Of a stretch of 64,000 nucleotides of DNA, positions 30,619 through 40,802 are shown one piece after another (the stretch's first letter is position 1; the number at the start of each line of letters is the position of its first letter). Both the position numbers and the translations under genes were made by a program. Origin of the DNA: an uncultured delta proteobacterium (GTDB lineage: Bacteria > Desulfobacterota > Binatia > UBA9968); assembly GCA_963745035.1 (NCBI GenBank), contig CAVUVW010000005.1, forward strand, positions 96,001-160,000, read 5' to 3'. The notes under the pieces were generated by a model. That model had not been told where the DNA came from, made no database searches, and worked only from the letters and a program-made list of their open reading frames with translations.

Positions 30619-31605
30619 TTGATGCGGTTGAGATTGAAATTTATCGCGCTGTCGTTGTTCGCTTCGGTGGTTTTATCACCGGTGTCGCGAGCAGAGGTTG
30701 TCAAAGTCGCCATCCCGAGCACGACACAGGCGGTGCTGGCGTTCACGATTGCAAGAGACAAAGGATATTATCGGGCAGAAGGACTGGACGTTGAGCTGAT
30801 CCTCATGAGCGCGCCCAACGCCAGCCGCGCTCTCTTGAGCGGCGATGTGGCGGTGGCGACGGTGGGGGGCGCGGGATTGCCGCCGGTGCTGCGCGGTTCG
30901 CCGTTCAAGTTTCTATTCACGACCTACAATCGGGCCATGTTTTGGCTTTACGCAAAGCCGGAGATTCGTGATGTTAAGAGTCTGAAGGGGAGACGTGTCG
31001 GTGTGTCCGGTATCGGCAGCGGCCCGGACTCTCTGCTGCGTGAGATTCTGCGGCAGAACGGGCTTGATCCCAACCGCGATGTGGCCGTCCTAAGTCTCGG
31101 CGTGATGCCGACGATCTTCGCGGGGCTGCAGAGCGGTATCGTCGATGCGGCCATGCTTTCGCCGCCGGTTACATTCAAAGCGGACGAGGGTGGATTCCGT
31201 GAATTGATTGCGTTTCCCAAACAGGACCTGGTGGAGCTTCAAGGCAGTATCTTGGTCAGAGACGCTTCGCTGCAAACGGACTCGGCGCAGCTGGAAAGGT
31301 TTATCCGCGGCACGTACAAGGGCTTTCTTCATATAAAAGAGAATAGGACAGGGACGATCCCGATTGTTGCGCGTTACCTGCAAGTCAACGACGCGGTGGC
31401 AGCCAAGGCATACGACAACGTAGTGAGGCCATCGTTGACTCAGGATGGAACGCTTAACCAGGAAACTCAGGCTAAAGCGGTTGAACACGTCGTCAAGCGG
31501 CTCGAAATTAAGGAGGCGCCGCCCCTGACGAAGATTTTTGATTTCTCGCTCGCACGCAAGGTCGTCGCGGAAATCCAGTCGAAGGGATGGAAGCCGGCGC
31601 CGTAG
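30619..31605 (+). CDS. NitT/TauT-type substrate-binding protein
   Basis: KGYYRAEGLDVEL, LKGRRVGVS, LQSGIVDAAML, FDFSLA. Confidence 0.88.
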   Translation: MMRLRLKFIALSLFASVVLSPVSRAEVVKVAIPSTTQAVLAFTIARDKGYYRAEGLDVELILMSAPNASRALLSGDVAVATVGGAGLPPVLRGSPFKFLFTTYNRAMFWLYAKPEIRDVKSLKGRRVGVSGIGSGPDSLLREILRQNGLDPNRDVAVLSLGVMPTIFAGLQSGIVDAAMLSPPVTFKADEGGFRELIAFPKQDLVELQGSILVRDASLQTDSAQLERFIRGTYKGFLHIKENRTGTIPIVARYLQVNDAVAAKAYDNVVRPSLTQDGTLNQETQAKAVEHVVKRLEIKEAPPLTKIFDFSLARKVVAEIQSKGWKPAP

Positions 31606-31634
31606 CTTTGTGGACTTGAATCAACCTGGATTTT

Positions 31635-31724
31635 CACCACGAAGGACGCGAAGAACACGAAGAACACGAAGGTCGTAACTATATGCGTTTTCTAAAATTT
31701 GTGCTCTTCATGATCTTCCTGGTG
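31635..31724. repeat. Inverted element of 9-bp CACGAAGAA-type tandem units
   Basis: caccacgaaggacgcgaagaacacgaagaacacgaag ... tttgtgctcttcatgatcttcctggtg. Confidence 0.7.
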
Positions 31725-31782
31725 CGACCAATCTCTCTTATGGAATCAGCAGCACACGACGCAAATCAATGACAAGAAAACC

Positions 31783-32739
31783 ATGGCTTTAAAACTCACT
31801 ATGACCTGCGGCCTCTACGATCGCAGCCAGCCGCTCATCGATGGGCGGGTGCGGCCGCGCGACATCGATCTGAAGATTCATGTAAACTCGAATGACCGGA
31901 GCCGGCAGCGCGATGGGCGGGAGGGTAAATTCGATATCGTGGAGTTTTTTACCGGCATTTACATGGCCGATTTGGAGCAGCGGACTCTCGGACTTACCGC
32001 CATTCCGATTTTCGTGAAGCGCATGTTTCGCCACTCGTATATTTACGTCAACAAGCGCGCGGGCATTCGCGCGCCGAAGGATCTCAACGGCAGGCGGGTC
32101 GGTTTGCAAACCTGGTTCACGACGACCGCGCTGTGGGCGCGCGGAATTTTGGAGGAGGAATACGGAGTCGATCTGCGCTCGATTACCTGGGTGGCCAATT
32201 GGAGTGAAAAGGTTGGAAATTGGCAGCCGCCGCCCTGGCTCAAGCTCGAGATCGCGCCGCAGGGCGCGAAGCTGCACGACCTTCTAGTTGCCGGAGAGAT
32301 TGATGCCAGTATTACGACCGAGACGTGGGCGCCTTTCGGCCATCCGGATGTCGACTTCCTGCTGCCGAACTATGCCGAGGAGGAGAGAAGATATTATAGG
32401 AAGACTGGCTTCTTTCCGATTCAACATACGCTCTTGATCAAGACCACCGTCCTGGAGAAATATCCTTGGGTGGCGATGAGCATGTTCGACGCCTGGCAAG
32501 AGGCGAAACAGGAATGTTACCGCTGGCTCGATCGGCAGCGGGTGCATATGACGGGCTTGTGGTATCGCTCGCTCTGGGAAGAGGAGCACGCGATCGCGGG
32601 CACAGATCCTTACGTATGGGGTTTCAAAAAATGCCGCGCCGAGATTGATAAGATGCTCGACTACACATTCCGCCAAGGCTTGGTGACGCGACGATTTCAG
32701 CCTGAGGATATGTTCCATCCAAGTACGCTGGAGACGTAG
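31783..32739 (+). CDS. 4,5-dihydroxyphthalate decarboxylase (OphC/Pht5)-like protein, periplasmic-binding fold, no signal peptide
   Basis: LTMTCGLYDRSQPLIDGRV, AIPIFVKRMFRHSYIYVN, PKDLNGRRVG, TGFFPIQH, DPYVWG. Confidence 0.82.
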   Translation: MALKLTMTCGLYDRSQPLIDGRVRPRDIDLKIHVNSNDRSRQRDGREGKFDIVEFFTGIYMADLEQRTLGLTAIPIFVKRMFRHSYIYVNKRAGIRAPKDLNGRRVGLQTWFTTTALWARGILEEEYGVDLRSITWVANWSEKVGNWQPPPWLKLEIAPQGAKLHDLLVAGEIDASITTETWAPFGHPDVDFLLPNYAEEERRYYRKTGFFPIQHTLLIKTTVLEKYPWVAMSMFDAWQEAKQECYRWLDRQRVHMTGLWYRSLWEEEHAIAGTDPYVWGFKKCRAEIDKMLDYTFRQGLVTRRFQPEDMFHPSTLET

Positions 32740-32779
32740 CCCATGGAACGAAGTTGATGGGGTATTAAATTGATCGTGT

Positions 32780-32807
32780 GTAGGGGCGACCGGCCGGTCG
32801 CCCCTAC
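32780..32807. repeat. GTAG-type REP palindrome
   Basis: Perfect palindrome gtaggggcgaccggccggtcgcccctac. Confidence 0.85.
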
Positions 32808-32824
32808 GAGGCGCCGAAGAGGAC

Positions 32825-33961
32825 ATGATGGATATTAGCGATACGGTTCACACTGGACCTGGAACATTGGCGGGACGTTATCTCAGGATGTTTTGGCAGC
32901 CTGTTTGTTGCTCCTATGAATTGAAGACCGGTCGAGCGCTTCCCGTTCGAATCTTGGGTGAGGATTTTACCGCCTATCGAGGCGAGAGCGGCAAGCCGTA
33001 TTTGATTGGCCCGCGCTGCGCGCACCGGGGAACGCAGTTGTCAGTCGGTTGGGTCGAGGGCGAGTGTCTGCGCTGCTTTTATCACGGCTGGCGGTACGAC
33101 GGCTCGGGTCAATGCGTCGAGCAACCGGCCGAAGGACAGCCGTTCACAGAAAAGATTCGCATCCCGGGATATCCGGTGAAAGACTACATCGGGCTGATCT
33201 TCGCTTACCTCGGAGAAGGCGAGCCGCCGCCGCTGCCGCGCTATCCAAGACTTGAGAGTGCGGAGGTCTCCCTCGACGTTGCCGCCTTGCATCGGATTTG
33301 CAATTACTTTAACAACATCGACAATTCTCTGGACAGCGTGCACGTGCGGTTCGTGCATCAACGGCACCGGGACTCGGTGGACGATCATATTGTACTCGGT
33401 GATCCGGTGATTTCCGTCGAAGAGAGCGAGTGGGGGGTCAAACGCCACGTCAAGTATCCGGACGGCAAGGATGCCACTTTTTTCTTCGGCATGCCCAATA
33501 TCAATTTCATCAACGGCCAAGTCGTCGATCCGGCGATCAAACGGGCTGATGTGATTGTCTTCAAAGTCCCCGTTGACGATGCAAGCCATATTCACTTCGA
33601 AGCCCGCGCTATCTCGCTCACCGGGGAGCGCGGGCGACAATGGATCGAGGAGCGGCGTGAGATGCGTGCGCAAGCCGAAAAAGATCGTCCGGAATTGGTC
33701 CGGGCGATCCTCGCGGGCAAGCTTCACCTGAGTGAAGTGGACCCCAACAGGGTCGATTTCGTCATGCTCGAGGACGAAGTCGCGCAAACTGGCCAGGGCG
33801 CCATCGCCGTGCGCAGCAACGAGCACCTTGGCCGCAGTGATCGCGGCGTTTTTCTTCTGCGCAAGATCTGGGAGCGCGAACTGCGAAACTTAGCGGAGGG
33901 TAGACCGGTGAAGCAGTGGACTTACCGGCCGGATATGGTGCCGACGTATCCGAAGCCTTAA
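32825..33961 (+). CDS. Rieske non-heme iron oxygenase alpha subunit (phthalate 4,5-dioxygenase/LigX-like group)
   Basis: HTGPGTLAGRYLRMFWQP, Rieske CAHRG...CFYHGW, mononuclear Fe DNSLDSVHVRFVH and ED..AQ.GQG, EHLGRSD. Confidence 0.92.
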   Translation: MMDISDTVHTGPGTLAGRYLRMFWQPVCCSYELKTGRALPVRILGEDFTAYRGESGKPYLIGPRCAHRGTQLSVGWVEGECLRCFYHGWRYDGSGQCVEQPAEGQPFTEKIRIPGYPVKDYIGLIFAYLGEGEPPPLPRYPRLESAEVSLDVAALHRICNYFNNIDNSLDSVHVRFVHQRHRDSVDDHIVLGDPVISVEESEWGVKRHVKYPDGKDATFFFGMPNINFINGQVVDPAIKRADVIVFKVPVDDASHIHFEARAISLTGERGRQWIEERREMRAQAEKDRPELVRAILAGKLHLSEVDPNRVDFVMLEDEVAQTGQGAIAVRSNEHLGRSDRGVFLLRKIWERELRNLAEGRPVKQWTYRPDMVPTYPKP

Positions 33962-33997
33962 TAGAAACTAGTTTCTAGTCTCTGGTTTTTAGTTCTG
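33962..33997. repeat. Degenerate heptamer tandem repeat/palindrome between convergent genes
   Basis: tagaaactagtttctagtctctggtttttagttctgg. Confidence 0.4.
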
Positions 33998-34047
33998 GTT
34001 AACGTGTTCGAAGCGGCCGGCGGGCGGTTATTCGTTGCCTGAGTCTG

Positions 34048-35040
34048 CTATGCCGGTTCTTCGGGAGCGCCGCCTGATTTGGCCAGGTCTTCTACCTTGA
34101 TTTTTTCGACGTTCATCTTATCAACGGCTTTGATCATGCGGTCCAGCACTTCGTCGAACCCGAGCGGCGCGGCGTCTTTGGGACGGAAGCGAATCGGATT
34201 GATGCGGGCGACGACGAAGCTTTTCAAATAGGGGCTGGTCAGGCCTTTCGCTTTTAGCGCTTCGACTTTCTCAACCACTTTTCCGTCCAGGTCCATGAGT
34301 GCTTTGGCGCGCTCCTCGCGGATTGGCAGCGCGGACTTGAGCGGCTTCTTTATGTACTCGTCCGAGCGCCTGAGAATCGGATGGTAGGCGCCGCCGCTGA
34401 AGCGGCCGTTCTCCAAATAGCAGAGGCCCAACGTGATCAGCGCGGCCTCCTCGAATTCCAGCGCATAGGTTTCTTCCGTGGCATCGTCCAGGGTGGCCAG
34501 TTCCTGATACATTTTGATGACTTCGAGTGCGCGCTCGCGCAGGTTGTGCGCCTTTTCCGTATTGAGCGCAAGGATCTGATAAGCCGTGGATGCTTCCGGG
34601 ACCACCAGGGCGATGATGCATTTGGCGCCGAGGGTTTTCATGGCGGACAACCGGTGCATACCGTTGGGCGTCCAGTAGCGCGTGTTGCTGTCCTTGCTCT
34701 CTTTGCGCACGACGATGATCGGGTCGAGAAAGCGGCCGAGCTTGGCGATCACCGTCTCGAGCTTGCGCACGTGAGCATCCGAAAGATTTCGCTGGTACGG
34801 TGTCGGCTCGACCTGATCGATGGGCAATGACGCGAGCACGACCCAGTGGCCGCTAAATGGTTCGCGATAGCTGGCGAGAACTCGGCCGCCGTCCTTCTCG
34901 ATGGCCGCTTGAAGCTCGCCAACCGCGGCCTGTGGTGTGCCGTTTGACAGCTCGGTCGCCAGGAGACCGCTGGAACGGCCGGCGAGCTTGCGCCGCTTGC
35001 GCGGCGCTCCGGGTTTTTTCTTGGCGCGCTTCTCCGCCAT
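34048..35040 (-). CDS. ParB/Srx N-terminal-domain protein (orphan, no parA adjacent)
   Basis: VEPTPYQRNLS, FLDPIIVV, TPNGMHRLSA, LALNTEK. Confidence 0.8.
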   Translation of the reverse strand: MAEKRAKKKPGAPRKRRKLAGRSSGLLATELSNGTPQAAVGELQAAIEKDGGRVLASYREPFSGHWVVLASLPIDQVEPTPYQRNLSDAHVRKLETVIAKLGRFLDPIIVVRKESKDSNTRYWTPNGMHRLSAMKTLGAKCIIALVVPEASTAYQILALNTEKAHNLRERALEVIKMYQELATLDDATEETYALEFEEAALITLGLCYLENGRFSGGAYHPILRRSDEYIKKPLKSALPIREERAKALMDLDGKVVEKVEALKAKGLTSPYLKSFVVARINPIRFRPKDAAPLGFDEVLDRMIKAVDKMNVEKIKVEDLAKSGGAPEEPA

Positions 35041-35064
35041 CCGAATTGCCTAGCACAGGATCGG

Positions 35065-36357
35065 CTACTGTTCCAAACGGCGCACGCTGGGATAGAAGAT
35101 CGCCACGAACAGCGCCATCATCGCGACCATGAAGCCGCCGAAGCCGACGGCGATCGGCGCGCCGGCGAATTCCGCGATCGCGCCGGCGATCATGCCGCCT
35201 ATGGGCATCAACTCCCATGCCAGCCCGTAGATGCCCATCACCCGCCCACGCAACTCGTTGGGCAAATTGACCTGCAGCACCGTGCTGATGGTCGTCATAT
35301 AAAACTGACTCGCGACGCCGAGCGCAAAAGCGAGGATTAATGACAGCGGGTAAGACTTTGAAAACGCAAACGAGATGAGCAGGACGCCGAAAACGAATGC
35401 CCCCAGTAACGACTGCTGGCCCTTGCCGCGCGCGTGGGAAAACCAGGCGACGGCTAAAACACCGGCGAGCGCGCCCGCGCCGCCGAAGCTTTGGAGAAAG
35501 CCGAAACCCTGCGAGCCGACGTCGAGAACGTTGCGCGCGAACACCGGCATCAGGATCAGGTAGGACATGCCAAAGGCGCTGTTGAAGAAGATGATGGCGA
35601 TGAAGATGAAGTAGATTTCGTTGGTGCGGATGAAATTCAGCCCCTCGGCCATATGGTGCAACACGCTTCCCGCCGCAGGCGCCGTCGGTTGCGTGGTCAG
35701 CCGGATGCCGAGCCACAGGCAAACCGCAACCAGCGACGCGACAAAGCAAAAGTAAAAGGTCGCGCCAATGCCGACCAAATAGATCATTATGCCGGCGAGG
35801 GCGGGGCCGACGAGGCGATTGAGCTGCCAAATCGTACCGCCAACCGCGACCGCATTGGCAATGTCGTCCTTGGGCACCATTTGAGGTAACAGCGCCATGC
35901 GGCTGGGGCGGTCGAAGGCGCGCACGCAGCCCGATATGATCGCGACCACGATGACGTGCCAGAGCGCGATCCACCCGACCACGATCAAAGTGGCGAGTAA
36001 GAAAAACGTCGTCGCGGACACGCTTTGCGAGAGAATCATAATGCGCCGGCGATCGGCGCGATCGGCGATGACGCCTCCCAAGAGAGTCAAGGCGATCGTT
36101 GGGGCGGCAAACGCCAAACCGGTCAACCCGAGCAGCAGAGGCGAATTGGTCAACTCGAGAACCAGCCAGCCCTGCGCTACACCCTCCATGTTTTGCGCCA
36201 GGACCGACGAGAGCTGGCCGAGCCAATAGAGCCGGTAATTGCGGTGGCGCAACGCGCTCAACGCTTGGAGCAGACGTTGGCTTCCGGAAAGAGTTTCAAC
36301 CGCGGCTTTCGACATGATGGGTTTATATCGGGGCGATGAAGTCCGTCCATTGTTCAT
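35065..36357 (-). CDS. MFS transporter (MFS_3-like)
   Basis: ALRHRNYRLYW, GGVIADRADRRRI, PNELRGRVMG; about 12 TM segments. Confidence 0.92.
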   Translation of the reverse strand: MNNGRTSSPRYKPIMSKAAVETLSGSQRLLQALSALRHRNYRLYWLGQLSSVLAQNMEGVAQGWLVLELTNSPLLLGLTGLAFAAPTIALTLLGGVIADRADRRRIMILSQSVSATTFFLLATLIVVGWIALWHVIVVAIISGCVRAFDRPSRMALLPQMVPKDDIANAVAVGGTIWQLNRLVGPALAGIMIYLVGIGATFYFCFVASLVAVCLWLGIRLTTQPTAPAAGSVLHHMAEGLNFIRTNEIYFIFIAIIFFNSAFGMSYLILMPVFARNVLDVGSQGFGFLQSFGGAGALAGVLAVAWFSHARGKGQQSLLGAFVFGVLLISFAFSKSYPLSLILAFALGVASQFYMTTISTVLQVNLPNELRGRVMGIYGLAWELMPIGGMIAGAIAEFAGAPIAVGFGGFMVAMMALFVAIFYPSVRRLEQ

Positions 36358-36454
36358 GAAACCGTGCAGGGTGTCAAAGAGCGGCGCAAGACTTTTGGCG
36401 TTCGCGATGCTACTTTTACGAGATCACGGACATCAAAGTTGAAGGTGATTCGAT

Positions 36455-37807
36455 ATGGCCCGCTACGACTACGATCTTTTTACCATCGGGGCTGGGTCCG
36501 GCGGCGTGCGCGCGAGCCGGATGTCGGCTTTGTTTCGCGCCAAGGTCGCGGTTGCGGAAGAGCTCTATCTCGGCGGCACCTGCGTCAACGTCGGCTGCAT
36601 CCCGAAAAAGCTGCTCGTTTACGCCGCCCATTACCACGATGATTTCCGCGATGCGGCGGGCTTTGGCTGGAGCGTGGGCGAGCGGCGTCTGGACTGGGCG
36701 CGATTGATCGCCAACAAGAACAAGGAGATCAACCGCTTGAACGGCGTTTATCGCAAGCTTCTCGGCGACTCGGGAGTTGAAATTCTCGACGGTCACGCGG
36801 AAGTTTTGGATGCGCACACCGTCAGTCTCGACGGGAGGACGATCACCGCGAAGTATATTCTCGTCGCGGTCGGGAGTTGGCCGGTGGTGCCGCAATTTCC
36901 CGGCTCGGAGCATGCCATCACGTCGAACGAAGCCTTTTATCTGCCGTCGCTGCCCAGGCGCGTGGTGATCGTCGGGGGCGGCTACATCGGCGTCGAGTTC
37001 GCTGGTATTTTTCACGGCTTGGGCGCGCACACCACACAGCTCTATCGCGGCAAATCGTTTTTGCGCGGCTTCGACGACGACATCCGCATCACGCTCGCCG
37101 ATGAAATGCGCAAGCGCGGCATCGACCTGAGACTGCAAACCGACATCGCCAAGATCGAGAAAACCGGCGACGTGCTGCGCGCGACTTTGACGGACGGGAG
37201 TCTCGTGGAGGCCGAGCAAATCATGTACGCCACCGGCCGCCTGCCGAAGACGCGCGACTTGGGACTGGAAAAGGCCGGAGTACAATTGAGCGCAACGGGC
37301 GCCGTTTTGGTGGACGAATATTCACGGTCGAACGTCGAAAGCATCTACGCCATCGGCGACTGCACCGATCGGATGATGCTTACGCCGGTCGCGATCGCCG
37401 AAGGCATGGCGGTGGCGAATACGCTGTTCAATGACAAGCCGACGCGGCCGAGTTATCTCAACGTGCCGACCGCTGTTTTCAGCACGCCCAACTGCGGCAC
37501 CGTCGGTCTGACGGAAGCGGAGGCGCGCGCCCGCGATCTTAAAATAGATATCTACCGAAGCTTCTTTCGGCCGCTCAAGCATACCCTTACCGGCCGCGAG
37601 GAGCGGACCATGATGAAGTTGGTGGTGGACCAAACGACGGACCGGGTGCTCGGCTGCCATATGGTTGGAAGCGACGCCGGGGAAATCATCCAGGGGCTGG
37701 CAGTCGCCCTCAACTGCGGTGCCACCAAGGCGCAGTTCGATGCAACCATCGGCATCCATCCGACAGCCGCCGAAGAATTCGTGACCATGCGCAGCAAGCT
37801 TGCTTAA
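36455..37807 (+). CDS. gor: Glutathione-disulfide reductase
   Basis: [19 protein letters not shown] redox Cys pair, [23 protein letters not shown]. Confidence 0.95.
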   Translation: MARYDYDLFTIGAGSGGVRASRMSALFRAKVAVAEELYLGGTCVNVGCIPKKLLVYAAHYHDDFRDAAGFGWSVGERRLDWARLIANKNKEINRLNGVYRKLLGDSGVEILDGHAEVLDAHTVSLDGRTITAKYILVAVGSWPVVPQFPGSEHAITSNEAFYLPSLPRRVVIVGGGYIGVEFAGIFHGLGAHTTQLYRGKSFLRGFDDDIRITLADEMRKRGIDLRLQTDIAKIEKTGDVLRATLTDGSLVEAEQIMYATGRLPKTRDLGLEKAGVQLSATGAVLVDEYSRSNVESIYAIGDCTDRMMLTPVAIAEGMAVANTLFNDKPTRPSYLNVPTAVFSTPNCGTVGLTEAEARARDLKIDIYRSFFRPLKHTLTGREERTMMKLVVDQTTDRVLGCHMVGSDAGEIIQGLAVALNCGATKAQFDATIGIHPTAAEEFVTMRSKLA

Positions 37808-38191
37808 GCGGGATTTTTGGCGCTCTTTGTCGGCGTCATTTGCCCCGAGTCCGCAGTTGAGAATGATTTGCCGCCGTGGGCGTGTTTTACCACCTAAAAG
37901 CGGATTGTTCTCTACGCCGCTGAGCGCTGCCGTCGAGCGCCATGACGCACGAATAAAGATATTCTTTTCCATTCACGCCGATGTTCTCGATTGCTGCCTG
38001 ACTTTCAGCCGCGCGCTGAGCGTTTTTACCGGCAACCTAGCCCGGTTTTTCCTGACAAATTGGAGGATTCGTCGTTCTGCGCTACCTGCCGCAGAAGTCA
38101 AAGATAGCAAGATCAAGATCTTAGATCTTGGCACTTTCGTTGCTCCGCTTTATTCAAAAAGTGCGCCTCTAGGCTGAAGGAGAAGACGGCT

Positions 38192-38980
38192 ATGGACCGG
38201 GAAGCTTTTCGCGAGCAGATGCTCAGTGTGATGGATAAAAAAAATCACTGGGCTTGGCCGCTCTTCACGTCGGGTAAGGTAGCGAAGGAGCGCCTGCATT
38301 TTCACTTCGAGCAGGAGTACGCGACCTACGTGCGCGATTTTCCGATTTTGGTGGGCCGCGCGTACGTGCGTTGTCCGATTGCGGCGATCCGAAGAAGCCT
38401 GGCGGAAAATCTGTACGAGGAGGAGACCGGTGGGTTGGTAGCCGGCAGCCCGCATCCATCGCTGTTTTTGGAATATCCCCGAGGCCTCGGCATGGATCTG
38501 CAGCGTTTCGACCGCGTCCAGCTTCTACCGGCGGCCGACTGCTACCGCAGCTTTCTCGACGACGCCACCCAAAGCTACGGTTGGGATATTGCCGCCGCAG
38601 TCGTGACGATTTTTGTCGAAGGAAATTCCGACGAGCGGGCCGCCTTGACGCGGACAACTCGTATACCGCCGCCGCTGGAGGAGCATCCGCTGGTCAAACA
38701 TTACGGTCTGCCCGTTGACAAACTTGCGCTTACGAAAGCTCATCGCCAAGTCGAAGGGCATCACCGGCTGGCCGCGTGGAGCGCGATTCTTGAAAACGTT
38801 GCGCCAACGCGGCGCGGCGCCGTGGTCAGAACCATGATGGATGCGTTGGATCTCTGGCTCAAGTACCGCGATGACGTCGCGGAAGCGTGCGGTCTCAAAC
38901 CTAAAGGATCGGCCAAGAAACGCCGGAAGGCGGCGCGGAAACCGCTAGCCGATCGGCTCTCCACGATAGCTTTTGGCTAG
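38192..38980 (+). CDS. Heme-oxygenase-like diiron protein (CADD/PqqC/TenA fold)
   Basis: YVRDFP, ENLYEEETGG..PHP, HRQVEGHH; AGGAG RBS. Confidence 0.82.
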   Translation: MDREAFREQMLSVMDKKNHWAWPLFTSGKVAKERLHFHFEQEYATYVRDFPILVGRAYVRCPIAAIRRSLAENLYEEETGGLVAGSPHPSLFLEYPRGLGMDLQRFDRVQLLPAADCYRSFLDDATQSYGWDIAAAVVTIFVEGNSDERAALTRTTRIPPPLEEHPLVKHYGLPVDKLALTKAHRQVEGHHRLAAWSAILENVAPTRRGAVVRTMMDALDLWLKYRDDVAEACGLKPKGSAKKRRKAARKPLADRLSTIAFG

Positions 38981-40247
38981 GATCTGCATCGGATTGAGCG
39001 GCCGGCGCCCGTTGCCCTGCTCGATCTGGATCGCCGCTAACGGACAATCCGAACAAGTCACCTTCGGCTGCCCCTCGGCCATTTCGCGAAAGGCGCGGCC
39101 GCCGTATTTGAGCGACTGCTCAAAATTTTCTTTTTTCATCGCCCAGGTGCCGTCGTGTCCGGAGCATTCCTCGACGACCTTCACCTCGGTATCGGGTAAA
39201 AGCGACAAAACGTCGCGGGTTTTGTAACCGATGTTCTGAGCGCGCAAATGGCAGGGCATGTGATAGCTCACATTGCCGGCGCCGGTCTTGAAGTCTTTTT
39301 TGAGCTTTCCCGCGCTCGCCAACCCGGCGAGAAATTCCATCGGGTCCATCGTCTTTGCGGCGACCTTTTTAGCTTCCTCGGTGCCGAGCAGGCGCGGGTA
39401 TTCCACTCGGATCATCTGCGAGCACGTGGGAATGGTCGCGATCACGCTACGGCCGTCGTCGACATGGCGAGCGAGAGCGGCCACGGTTTCTTTCGCCGCC
39501 GCGATCGCACCTGCGACGTCGCCGTTGTGCCACAGCGGCATGCCGCAGCAGCGCTCGTAAGCGAAACTCACGTCAACGTTATTGTGTGCCATGACTTCCA
39601 GCGTCGCCGTGCCGATCTCCGGCTCGTTGTAATTGACATAGCAGGTGGAAAAGAATGCGATTTTCGCCGCCGGCTCGCCCTGGGGCGCTTGGCGCTCGCT
39701 GGCAAACCGCCGGGCGAAGGTCTTTGCGGCAAACGGCGGGAGCTTCTTGTCTTTGTGGATTCCCAGCGCGTCGTGCATGAGCCGGCGATTGAGCGGATTT
39801 TCATTGGCCCAGTTTGCCAGCGGCGCGGTTGCGCGTGCCGAGCTTGCCCACCAGGTCGGGATTGCCGAGCAACTTATCGACCAGAGGAACTCCCTTCTTT
39901 TTGATTTCTTGGGCCTTGGTGCGAGTCATCAGGCGGGGGAAATCGATGGCCCACTCATGATCGCCGGGCGTGTACGGGCACTTGATGTAGCAAAGCTTGC
40001 ATTGAAAGCAGAGATCGACAACTTTGGTCACGTCTTCAGTTTTCAGTTTCTTCGTGTCGACCTCGGCGTATTTGCCCTCGGTGCAGTAATCATCGACGGC
40101 ATCAAACAGCGTCGGAAAGCTGCCGCAGAATTTAACGCACATGCGGCAGTCGGCGCACAGACTGAAAATCCGCTCGACTTCAGCGCGCAGGTCTTTTTCA
40201 TCGTAGTAGCGCGGATCGGTCGGGTCGTAGGCTGGTTTATTGTTCAC
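38945..40247 (-). CDS. GlpC/HdrD-like Fe-S oxidoreductase (2x4Fe-4S plus CCG domains), frameshift near 39830
   Basis: CADCRMCVKFC, CFQCKLCYIKCPY, CCGMP, YHMPCH, CSGHDG, SDCPLA. Confidence 0.88.
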
Positions 40248-40768
40248 GGTTTATTCCTTTGCGGCGCTGGGTTTTTGGTCATTGGCCTGGCGCGCTTTTT
40301 TTTGCGGGGCTTCAGAGCATTCGCCGGTCCTTTGCAATCTGAGCAAAAGCCCTCGAAATATACCGAGTAGTCGAGCAGCGTGAACCCGTGGCGGCGCGCA
40401 TCCGGCAGATGCGCCGCCGCCAAGCCCGGATCCTGGTAGTCGACGACCTTGCCGCAGACCGTGCAGACCAGATGATGGTGCTGCTCCATATTGCCGTCGA
40501 AGCGGGCGGATGCCGCGAAGTGGTTCGTGCGGCGCGCCAATCCCAGATGCGCCAAAGTTTCGAGGGTGCGGTAGACCGTGGTTCGGGAGACTCCCGGAAT
40601 GCGTTCCTTCACGTCCGCGAAGACCTGATCGACGGTGGGGTGGTCCTCTCGTTCCACCAGCGCCGAGAAGATCACGCGGCGCTGCACCGTCGCGGGTATT
40701 CCCGCGCGTCGGCAGACTGCTTCAAGCCGCGCGAAGGGCGTTTTTGCTTTGGCTTCCGATTTTCGCAA
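40244..40768 (-). CDS. Fur/PerR family transcriptional repressor
   Basis: TVQRRVI, DHPTVDQV, SRTTVYRTL, HHHLVCTVCG, CSDC; AAGGAA RBS for the next gene lies in its 3' end. Confidence 0.92.
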   Translation of the reverse strand: MRKSEAKAKTPFARLEAVCRRAGIPATVQRRVIFSALVEREDHPTVDQVFADVKERIPGVSRTTVYRTLETLAHLGLARRTNHFAASARFDGNMEQHHHLVCTVCGKVVDYQDPGLAAAHLPDARRHGFTLLDYSVYFEGFCSDCKGPANALKPRKKKRARPMTKNPAPQRNKP

Positions 40769-40802
40769 AGGAGTCTTCCCCTGGTTTTAGTGCCCCGAGC
40801 TG

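Noticed and set aside
31635-31724. Possible CRISPR array (also 47633-47705 and 55423-55463)
   Set aside because: Units are 9 bp, tandem and spacer-less, and no cas genes are present.
34048-35040. Chromosome origin/partition locus
   Set aside because: No parA, dnaA, gidAB or parS-like palindrome seen, and the ParB motif is atypical.
37800-38177. 125-aa ORF between gor and the diiron gene
   Set aside because: No RBS or recognisable motif, and it includes degenerate AAGATC repeats; probably intergenic.
38192-38980. PQQ biosynthesis or RiPP cluster around the PqqC-like and radical SAM genes
   Set aside because: No pqqA/B/D/E, RRE domain or precursor peptide found; the B12 radical SAM gene is about 6 kb away in another operon.
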